Below, piece by piece: positions 56,885 through 64,000 of a stretch of DNA of 64,000 nt. The first letter of the stretch is position 1, and every line of letters starts with the position of its first letter. This DNA is from Faecalimonas sp. GTDB lineage: Bacteria; Bacillota; Clostridia; Lachnospirales; Lachnospiraceae. Both the position numbers and the translations under genes were made by a program. Under the pieces are notes generated by a model. That model made no database searches, was not told the origin of the DNA, and worked only from the letters and a program-made list of their open reading frames with translations. The stretch is taken from contig JAZQRQ010000073.1 in assembly GCA_045629665.1 (NCBI GenBank), positions 7,892-71,891 on the forward strand. The letters are read 5' to 3'.

Positions 56885-57583
56885 CTAGTCTTCATCAACA
56901 AATGCTGTTCCGGCTGTCCAGTTAACATAAGCAAACGCCTCGACTGCATTATCGCCTGTATTATCTCTTTGTAATGCATCAGCTGACACAACAATATCAA
57001 ACTCATTATTGATTTCAGCCATTTCCTGTTGAGTGAACTCTGTAGGAATATTTACGTTTGTAAATAAGACCTCATCACTACCTGCCGGAAGTTCTCTGTT
57101 AAGATAGAGATACCATGTAGCCTTGTCATCTTGAACAGCCACTTCATCTTCTACCAGAAGCCATTTGCTAGTTATATCTGTCCCAACATTAGCAGCCAAG
57201 CCATAGCTAGAACCCTCAAATAACTCCGTGAAAACAAGAGAGCCACCTGCTGCTTTCCAGCCACCTGCCTTATTCAATGTTACTGCCACACGAATCCATT
57301 GTGTATAATCACCTGTATTTGTGATTGTAGGATCCTTAGCGATATCATCACCTGGGATTACATCATAATATGTAACACCTGTAGTTGTTTCATTACCTTC
57401 AAGGTCTGTTTCTGATACTTTTACTGAAAATTCAGGATCGGTATCATTTTCACTTGTAGCAACCTTGAATGAGTTGGTAACGCTCTTGGTATCATTAAAC
57501 CAAGCCAATGTTCCCAATGATAAAATTGCAACCAAAGAAACAGCTAACGATGCAGTCAACACTTTTTTCTTATTCATTTTCAT
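56885..57583 (-). CDS. SipW-dependent TasA-like protein, candidate major fibre subunit
   Basis: ILSLGTLAWFNDT signal; VIPGDDIAKDPTITNTG; ADALQ near the C-terminus; single domain, first substrate after the peptidases. Confidence 0.85.
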   Translation of the reverse strand: MKMNKKKVLTASLAVSLVAILSLGTLAWFNDTKSVTNSFKVATSENDTDPEFSVKVSETDLEGNETTTGVTYYDVIPGDDIAKDPTITNTGDYTQWIRVAVTLNKAGGWKAAGGSLVFTELFEGSSYGLAANVGTDITSKWLLVEDEVAVQDDKATWYLYLNRELPAGSDEVLFTNVNIPTEFTQQEMAEINNEFDIVVSADALQRDNTGDNAVEAFAYVNWTAGTAFVDED

Positions 57584-57669
57584 CTCTTTGTCCTCCTTTC
57601 CCTCATGATATTTATTTCAAAATCATGCTTACCGGAATTCCATGAGCAAACACGATTCTAAAACCGAAT

Positions 57670-58368
57670 TTATTGTGATTCCTGATTACTTGCATTCACC
57701 CTTAGATAACAGGTCTCGCACAATTGCCCCACGCCTGTGACATAGTACTTTCTTGCATCTGCCGGCAGGTCCCTTAGCACACCTGTATCATCTCCACAGA
57801 GTATGCATTGTTCTGTTTCCAACCTGACTTTTTCCTCTGCGCCCTTCTCTTCGACGAGCTCATCCTCTTCTTTCTTCTTTCCAAAGAAATCCGGCAAGAA
57901 GACAATTAGAATCAATATGAACCCAACGCCCACCGTGATATACATGCCCGGTGGATTCTGAACAAAATCAGACACATACCCAAGCAGTGGAATGCTAAAC
58001 CGCGGCACTCCGATAACATTGTTAAAATGCACCGGCGAAGCGTCTGCTGTATCGTTTGCATCTCCCTTTGTATAGAAGTGTTGATTTTCTTCATCCACCT
58101 CCACAACTCTATGTGTGGCCACTACCAGATTCTCGTTTAATACAAATGTAATCGGTGTTCCCACCTCTATCTCATATGGATTCACATCTTCTACATAGAT
58201 GAGGTCTCCTACACTGTAAGTCGGTTCCATACTGCCGGATATAACATTGAACACCTGATACCCCAGTAATCTTGAGCCCATTAGGAACACGGCACATAGC
58301 ACAAAAAGCCCTACTAAAAATGTAGAGCTTACATTCCAAATTTTCTTAAACACATTATTGCGTTGCAT
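57670..58368 (-). CDS. sipW: Signal peptidase I, SipW/ER-type, with C-terminal zinc ribbon
   Basis: VISGSMEP (Ser), ATHRV (His), TKGDAN; tail CILCG...QLCETC. Confidence 0.9.
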   Translation of the reverse strand: MQRNNVFKKIWNVSSTFLVGLFVLCAVFLMGSRLLGYQVFNVISGSMEPTYSVGDLIYVEDVNPYEIEVGTPITFVLNENLVVATHRVVEVDEENQHFYTKGDANDTADASPVHFNNVIGVPRFSIPLLGYVSDFVQNPPGMYITVGVGFILILIVFLPDFFGKKKEEDELVEEKGAEEKVRLETEQCILCGDDTGVLRDLPADARKYYVTGVGQLCETCYLRVNASNQESQ

Positions 58369-58392
58369 AGTATCGCCTCCCCTTACCAAGTC

Positions 58393-58620
58393 TTAATAAC
58401 GCACAAATGGTAGAATAGATAACCAAAGCTTGCGCCTTTTTTGAATCCAATATTTCTTTTCTCTTCCACGTGTTCTGTGTATTTCCCCTGTGAGATGTTG
58501 TAGTTCTCTGCGAAAATCAAGCAGCCATTTTATTAAACCAACGAAAACTACAAGCAAGAGAAATCCAATGCAAATAGCGAGTAGCAGATAAATGCCAAAG
58601 TCGCTTCCAGACTGATTCAT
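58393..58620 (-). CDS. Small membrane protein
   Basis: One long TM helix and a basic tail; TAATG overlap with the upstream sipW. Confidence 0.7.
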   Translation of the reverse strand: MNQSGSDFGIYLLLAICIGFLLLVVFVGLIKWLLDFRRELQHLTGEIHRTRGREKKYWIQKRRKLWLSILPFVRY

Positions 58621-59336
58621 TATTCTTCCTTCTTCTCCGTCTCAACAGAGTTTTTTTGACGGGTAAGTTCTTCTTTCAATGCCAGAAGTTCTTCCATCAT
58701 CCTTGCATTTTCGGCTGCTCCCATTGCAATCTTCGCCCGTTCTTCCTCCATCTCCTGCATTTGCTCCTTCTTATATCTACGGAACAAGCGAAGGCAATTG
58801 AGTCCTTGATAGAGTATCAAGAGCATAAATGGTATGAAAATGCACACGAAATATCCTTGCGTTGTCTTAAGAAAATTGAAGAAGGTTCCAATATTAGGAA
58901 TTGCTTTTTCATATCTTCCCAGAATATAAGGGTAAGTTACGATTGTAGCATCGTCTGTATCCGTGGTTGTACCATAAGTAACGAATCCCGGATTGCCATT
59001 CGCATCCGTTGTCAGGGCACGAATCTTATGGGTGATTGTCTCACCAAAACTCTCTGGATTCTGTGACATGTATGTAATGATGTCATCCTCTTTTAACGTC
59101 GCAGGGTCCACTTGTTTTACCAAAATCAAATCTCCTGCATCAAAATCTGTCTTGCTCATGGAATCTGAGGTTACAACGTAGGCTCTGTATCCAAATAAAC
59201 TTCTATCATTACGGTTAAATGTAGTTACAGAGACTATGGTGAATATCATCATACACACTGCAAGAAGCACTACTGCCCAGACCACTATTGTTTTTACTAT
59301 ATTGAATATTTTCTTTGCATTACTTGGAAGTTTCAT
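58620..59336 (-). CDS. sipW: Signal peptidase I, SipW/ER-type, with C-terminal coiled coil
   Basis: VVTSDSMS (Ser), GDLILVK, ITHKI (His), two TM helices, charged helical tail. Confidence 0.88.
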   Translation of the reverse strand: MKLPSNAKKIFNIVKTIVVWAVVLLAVCMMIFTIVSVTTFNRNDRSLFGYRAYVVTSDSMSKTDFDAGDLILVKQVDPATLKEDDIITYMSQNPESFGETITHKIRALTTDANGNPGFVTYGTTTDTDDATIVTYPYILGRYEKAIPNIGTFFNFLKTTQGYFVCIFIPFMLLILYQGLNCLRLFRRYKKEQMQEMEEERAKIAMGAAENARMMEELLALKEELTRQKNSVETEKKEE

Positions 59337-59351
59337 TTTCTATTATCCTCC

Positions 59352-59379
59352 GTAGAACATAATTCTTATTATGTGGTAA
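59352..59379 (+). repeat. dif-like recombination site A
   Basis: GTAGAACATAA-TTCTTA-TTATGTGGTAA (11-6-11); direct repeat of site B. Confidence 0.8.
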
Positions 59380-59381
59380 AA

Positions 59382-59409
59382 AAACTACATAATTCTTATT
59401 ATGTAGTAA
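59382..59409 (+). repeat. dif-like recombination site B
   Basis: AAACTACATAA-TTCTTA-TTATGTAGTAA. Confidence 0.9.
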
Positions 59410-59633
59410 AAAAGCAAAATAAAATTATATAATTTTTCTCCTTTGAATAATGGTATCATAATACATAATTGTTTTAAAAGCAAGGCTTTTTTGATAATAA
59501 TTTAACAGAATGAAATATACGCACGTCAATAACACCCGCGAGCTGAGTTTTACATAAAATCGCCGGGGGTGTTTTTTTCGCGCTCGAAAAGTCGCGTGGG
59601 GAATGCGTTTTATTATTAGCCCGAAAGCACCTA
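59408..59633. promoter_or_regulatory. Candidate invertible promoter segment, currently pointing into the sipW/TasA operon
   Basis: Between inverted sites B and C; minus-strand TTGCTT (59483-59478), 17 bp, TATGAT (59460-59455); plus-strand hairpin plus T7 at 59531-59578. Confidence 0.75.
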
Positions 59634-59659
59634 ACTACATAATAAGAATTATGTAGTAT
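59632..59659 (-). repeat. dif-like recombination site C (inverted copy of B)
   Basis: TAACTACATAA-TAAGAA-TTATGTAGTAT; the 24-bp core 59634-59657 is the exact reverse complement of 59384-59407. Confidence 0.9.
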
Positions 59660-59667
59660 TTTTTATT

Positions 59668-60489
59668 TCAGACTACTAATCCCAATTGCTCAATCTTTCT
59701 TCTGTGTTCCATTCCTGTTGTCATGATATAGATACGAGTTGTGTCTATACTGCCATGTCCAAGAATATCTGCCAATTTAGCAATATCCTTTTCTATTTTA
59801 TAAAATGTTTTTGCAAATAGCTTGCGTAAATTGTGTGGAAATACTTTTGATGCACTTACACCTGCTTTCTCACATAATTTCTTCATATCTGACCAGATAT
59901 TGCTCCGATTGAGTGGTTTACCGCTCTTTGTCCGAAATATGATTCCCGAACGAATTCCTTGTTGCTTTGCGAATCCAATTAATGTCTTTCTAAGTTTTCC
60001 CGGAAGAAGGATTGTTCGCGTTTTATTTTTACAACACACTACAACCTCTCCGTTCTGAACTGCCTCAACTGTAAAATAAGAAAGTTCCGATACACGTATT
60101 CCTGTCCCGCAGATTGTCTGCAAGATGAAATACAGTCGCGTTTGTTGCCTTGCCGCACTCAGTAGTCGCATGTACTCCATCTTTGTCAATTCCCTCTGTT
60201 CTGCACAATAGATCTGACGCTGTGTTTTCATACTCTTTACTTTGTAATCAGCCCAACCCACATACGATAAAAAACTATTCAACGATGCTAACATGGAGTT
60301 GATGCTTCTTATTGCATATCCACTTTCTATTAGAGACTTTTTGTATTCTATAACTATTTCTTTTGTGACGTCGTTATGTCCTACAAACCTTGAAAACTTC
60401 CTCACATCACGTAGATATTTTTCGACTGTGATGCTACTCTTTTCTTCCTGCCTTAAATACTCCTCAAATTCTAAAATTAGTTTTTCCAT
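59668..60489 (-). CDS. Tyrosine recombinase (Xer/integrase family)
   Basis: Intact catalytic set: GIRVSE (R), KNK (K), PHNLRK (H-x-x-R), LGH, TTRIY (Y); ATG 60489 after GGAGG; stop 8 nt from site C. Confidence 0.95.
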   Translation of the reverse strand: MEKLILEFEEYLRQEEKSSITVEKYLRDVRKFSRFVGHNDVTKEIVIEYKKSLIESGYAIRSINSMLASLNSFLSYVGWADYKVKSMKTQRQIYCAEQRELTKMEYMRLLSAARQQTRLYFILQTICGTGIRVSELSYFTVEAVQNGEVVVCCKNKTRTILLPGKLRKTLIGFAKQQGIRSGIIFRTKSGKPLNRSNIWSDMKKLCEKAGVSASKVFPHNLRKLFAKTFYKIEKDIAKLADILGHGSIDTTRIYIMTTGMEHRRKIEQLGLVV

Positions 60490-60560
60490 ACGAGACCTCC
60501 ATGAACCAAATTTTTCATTTGTAACATTAGTTTCTCCTATGATGGTATTATAATGCAATT

Positions 60561-60607
60561 AAAAAAGGACAAAATTTGTCTATCCTTACAAATTTCGTCC
60601 TCTTTTC
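60561..60607. terminator. Probable terminator of pepD
   Basis: AGGACAAAATTTGT / ACAAATTTCGTCCT imperfect stem with A6 at 60561 (T6 on the minus strand). Confidence 0.6.
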
Positions 60608-60658
60608 TTATTATATATGTTTTGATCTCATTATGCAATCTCACAATGCAAAACGGAA

Positions 60659-62104
60659 TTATTTCTCCGCCAACACTGCTTTCAAGAATTCCCACACTCT
60701 CGCAATCGAACTGATGCTAATCACTTCATCCGGTGTGTGCACATCTCTCATGTTCGGTCCAAGTGAAATGCAATCTAATCCTTCAATCTTATCTGCCAAC
60801 AGTCCGCATTCTAGTCCTGCATGAATCACTTCGATTTTTGGTGTTACACCTGTCTGCTTTTCGTACACCTTGATACAAAGGTCACGAAGCTTAGACTCTC
60901 TTGCATATTCCCATCCTGGATATTTTCCATGGTAAGATGTCTCTCCCCCAAGGCTTTTTGTAATCTGCTCTAATTTTGCTGCAAGGTACTCTTTTGCTGT
61001 TGCAACAGAACTTCTGATTGAGAAGCACGTCTGAATTCCTTCTGCGTCAATCTTCATCACACCCATGTTGAGTGACGTCTCAACAAGTCCCGGCAAATCC
61101 TGACTCATTGCCTGCACGCCGTTTGGCATCAGGTTAAGTGCCGTGATTGCTTTTTCCTTAGATGCATCTGTAAGAACTTCGCATTCTGCCACGTCTTTTA
61201 CCTCAAGCACCATTGCAATATTTGAATCTGTCACACCATACTCTGCCTGAATCATTGCATTGAATTCATCTGTTGCTTTTTTCAGTGCATCTACATCTGC
61301 TTCTGCTACAACAAATGTTGCATTAGCATTCTTCGGAATGACATTGTCTTTCACTCCACCCGCCATACTCACTATATCGCATGCCACCTTATCTTTCATA
61401 AACAAGAAGAAACGTCCCATCATCACATTTGCATTTGCACGTCCTCTGTCAATCTCAATTCCGGAATGTCCACCGAGAAAGCCTGTCGTCTTAATCTCAC
61501 ATACAACTCCACTCTTTGTATCCATTTCCACTGGGATCTTGCAGTCTGCTCTCATACCGCCTGCACAACCTGCTGTGAATACACCTTCATCTTCTGAGTC
61601 GATGTTGAGAAGTCTTTTCGCCTTACAGCATGACATATCAATTGCTGCTGCACCTTCCAATCCCGTCTCCTCACAAATCGTAAATACACACTCCAAACGT
61701 GGATGCGGAATATCCTTCGCATCCAGAAGCGCAAGCCCATAAGCCACCGCAATACCATCATCGCCACCGAGTGTCGTGCCGTCTGCTGTAATATAATCTC
61801 CGTCCACCATGATACGAATGCTTTCTTTTTCCATATCAATATCGCATTCCGGAACCTTGTCTCCGACCATGTCCAGGTGTCCCTGAATAATGATTGGCTC
61901 TACATCTTCGTATCCCGGTGTTGCCTCACCAATAATAATCACGTTACCAAGTTCATCCTGCTCGTAATAAAGTCCTCTCTCCTTTGCAAATGCCACACAG
62001 TAGTCGCTTAGTTCCTTCTCATGATAAGAAATGTGTGGAATATTGCAAATATCCTCAAAAAATCCAAGCACTGATGCCGGTTCATATCCGTTTAAAACTT
62101 TCAT
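60659..62104 (-). CDS. pepD: Aminoacyl-histidine dipeptidase (M20C)
   Basis: IQGHLDMV, TTLGGDDGI, FTICEETGL, LNIDSEDEG, IHAGLECG, VHTPDE. Confidence 0.95.
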   Translation of the reverse strand: MKVLNGYEPASVLGFFEDICNIPHISYHEKELSDYCVAFAKERGLYYEQDELGNVIIIGEATPGYEDVEPIIIQGHLDMVGDKVPECDIDMEKESIRIMVDGDYITADGTTLGGDDGIAVAYGLALLDAKDIPHPRLECVFTICEETGLEGAAAIDMSCCKAKRLLNIDSEDEGVFTAGCAGGMRADCKIPVEMDTKSGVVCEIKTTGFLGGHSGIEIDRGRANANVMMGRFFLFMKDKVACDIVSMAGGVKDNVIPKNANATFVVAEADVDALKKATDEFNAMIQAEYGVTDSNIAMVLEVKDVAECEVLTDASKEKAITALNLMPNGVQAMSQDLPGLVETSLNMGVMKIDAEGIQTCFSIRSSVATAKEYLAAKLEQITKSLGGETSYHGKYPGWEYARESKLRDLCIKVYEKQTGVTPKIEVIHAGLECGLLADKIEGLDCISLGPNMRDVHTPDEVISISSIARVWEFLKAVLAEK

Positions 62105-62186
62105 GTTATGTCCTCCAAATGTTTCTCATACTTATTTATTATTTTAAAGCATTGCTTAGAACTTTTCAACCTAAAAAGAGACCACT

Positions 62187-62939
62187 TTAAATGGTCTCTT
62201 CTCCAGATAGGTGTTGTAAAATTTCTTTTTTATATTGCAAGAATGCTTCTGTGAGTTTAAAGTCTTGTGTTCTCGGTTTCGGTTCTCGAACCACAATCTC
62301 TTTCGTTATCTGTCCCGGTTTTCCTGTAAGCAAATATATTCGGTCAGAAAGCAAAATTGCTTCGTCAATATCATGTGTGATAAATAGAGTTGACAATTTA
62401 ATTCTCTCCATCACATCCAGATACCACTCGTGCATCGCCTGTTTGGTCAGCATATCCAAGGCTGAAAATGGTTCATCCAAAAGTGCAACCTTCTGCGAAA
62501 ACAGGTAGGTACGCAGCAAGGCTGCCCTCTGCTTCATTCCGCCGGATAACTGCGCCGGATATTTTTTCTCTGTCCCTTCAAGACTAAACTCAGCAAAGTA
62601 CGGCGCTGCTTTTTCCCGCGCTTCCTTTTTCTTCATTCCACGAATGATTAGCGGAAGTGCCACGTTATCCAAAATCGTGCGGTATGGCAGGAGCAAATCC
62701 TTTTGAAGCATATAACTTACATTACCCGGCTTTCCTGTGATTTCCTCACCGTCAATCCATACACTCCCCTCATCCGGCAAACTTAGACCTGCGATGATGT
62801 TGAAAAGTGTTGTCTTTCCACCGCCACTGACACCGAGGAGGGAGACAAGCTCTCCCTCGTGAAGTTCTACGGATATATTTTGAATGATTGTTTCGGAATC
62901 GAAGGTCTTTGTAACGCCTTCCACCTTTAATACTGCCAT
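62187..62939 (-). CDS. ABC transporter ATP-binding protein (NitT/TauT family)
   Basis: GVSGGGKTT, YMLQKDLLLPY, LSGGMKQR, LLDEPFSALD, ITHDIDEA. Confidence 0.93.
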   Translation of the reverse strand: MAVLKVEGVTKTFDSETIIQNISVELHEGELVSLLGVSGGGKTTLFNIIAGLSLPDEGSVWIDGEEITGKPGNVSYMLQKDLLLPYRTILDNVALPLIIRGMKKKEAREKAAPYFAEFSLEGTEKKYPAQLSGGMKQRAALLRTYLFSQKVALLDEPFSALDMLTKQAMHEWYLDVMERIKLSTLFITHDIDEAILLSDRIYLLTGKPGQITKEIVVREPKPRTQDFKLTEAFLQYKKEILQHLSGEETI

Positions 62940-63002
62940 GTCATCCTCCTGTTGAAATCTTCCACTGCAGGCCCCCGTGCATCCCCGCGGAGCATTGCCT
63001 GC

Positions 63003-64000
63003 TTAGTCAGGCAAATAATCGTTCGTAAATCCTGTATTCTCCGGAATATCTGCCTCTACCAAATCCCGCTCGTTAAGCCAATTGTAGAAATTATTCCAGC
63101 GGGTCGCATCAATGTATCCCCATTTTACTGCATCTGCCTGATATTTATCCGCCAGATAGTTCTGACTTGCCTTTACTAACTCTTTATCCAATTCCGGATT
63201 CGCTTGGCAAAGAATGTCTGCTGCCTCCTCCGGGTGCTCCATTGCATATTCATATCCCTTGGTAAGCGCACTTAAAAATGCTTTCGCCGTCTCCGGTTTC
63301 TCTTCTAAAAATTTATCTCCTGCAATAATCACAGGGGTATAATAATCAAACACGGGGTCTATATCTGCAAATGCAAAATAATCGGTCTCTAACTTCTCAA
63401 GCTCTGTCTTCACGCCTGCCCAGCCGTAGAATATCCAAATAGAATCCACAGACTTTGTCTTAAGCGCAGACACTTCATCTGTCACTGTACTTGGAATCAA
63501 CTCAATCTTAGAGAAATCTCCACCGTCTTTTTCTATCACCTGCTCAAGCGTTGCAAGTTCTATCGGACCATTCCATGTTGCATAGGTATGACCTTCCATA
63601 CCCTTCGGCACATCCATTCCTTCACCCTTGCGTGAAATGATTCCGGATGTATTATGCTGAATCACTGCTGCCACCGCTGAGATTGGAAGTGCATTCTCTC
63701 CGGATAACGCTGCTGCCATCGAATCCTGGAACGATACACCAAATTGTGCCTTTCCTGAAGCCACAAGTACTTCTGCACCATCCTCCGGCGGTTGTACGAT
63801 TTCCACTGCCAATCCAGCACCCTCGAAATATCCCATTTCCTGTGCCACATACAATCCTGTATGATTAGTATTAGGCGTCCAATCCAGCACAAATGTAATC
63901 TTTTCCAAATCTTTAATATCTTTTTCCCCATCCTTTTGGGTCGTTCCACAAGCAGCCAATGTAAAAATCATTGTAGCTACCAATAATAATGCTAATATTC
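63003..64000 (-). CDS. NMT1/THI5-like ABC substrate-binding lipoprotein (thiamine/HMP-type), 5'-truncated
   Basis: LAACG lipobox; FVLDWTPNTNHTGLY, FDYYTPVI; frame open to the window end. Confidence 0.9.
   Translation of the reverse strand, partial: ILALLLVATMIFTLAACGTTQKDGEKDIKDLEKITFVLDWTPNTNHTGLYVAQEMGYFEGAGLAVEIVQPPEDGAEVLVASGKAQFGVSFQDSMAAALSGENALPISAVAAVIQHNTSGIISRKGEGMDVPKGMEGHTYATWNGPIELATLEQVIEKDGGDFSKIELIPSTVTDEVSALKTKSVDSIWIFYGWAGVKTELEKLETDYFAFADIDPVFDYYTPVIIAGDKFLEEKPETAKAFLSALTKGYEYAMEHPEEAADILCQANPELDKELVKASQNYLADKYQADAVKWGYIDATRWNNFYNWLNERDLVEADIPENTGFTNDYLPD

Noticed and set aside
59352-59659. The dif-like sites as the chromosomal dif/terminus
   Set aside because: There are three copies, two of them inverted, beside a dedicated recombinase, and the minus-strand gene bias does not switch across this point.
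62940-63002. GC-rich gap with a GCAGGC/GCCTGC hairpin between the ABC genes as a riboswitch or small gene
   Set aside because: No TPP-riboswitch core motif and no credible ORF; probably an ordinary intergenic stem-loop.

Overview
A ~64 kb chromosomal segment from a spore-forming Clostridia-type gut bacterium (Lachnospiraceae-like, inferred from gene content and style). Most genes are on the minus strand. The backbone is housekeeping and sporulation genes (glnA, spoIIID, murI, pfkA, dnaE, cvfB, spoIIR, ispE, SPOCS-LysM, plsC, malQ, pncB, ddl, murF, pepD, NMT1/THI5-type ABC transporter). Two accessory regions stand out. (1) An AT-rich defence island at ~4.9-14.2 kb holds an HNH nuclease, a putative restriction nuclease with a C4 zinc ribbon, and a GCNGC/GCSGC-family C5 methyltransferase whose promoter overlaps two GCSGC sites. 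It also holds an NgoFVII-family nuclease, a stand-alone B3-like domain protein, and an MvaI-like N4-cytosine methyltransferase paired with a UvrD helicase-nuclease. (2) A ~16 kb SipW/TasA-type fibre operon at 44.6-59.3 kb encodes two SipW peptidases, seven SipW-type substrates and one sortase-type anchor. Upstream sit a tyrosine recombinase and three 28-bp dif-like sites that flank a promoter, which looks like an invertible phase-variation switch. The largest TasA-fusion protein (1779 aa) ends in a Hint domain with the Hedgehog C1/D46/H72 catalytic spacing, preceded by a CPSC motif. No rRNA, tRNA or CRISPR array was recognised. All family assignments come from motifs recognised by eye; no database searches were run.
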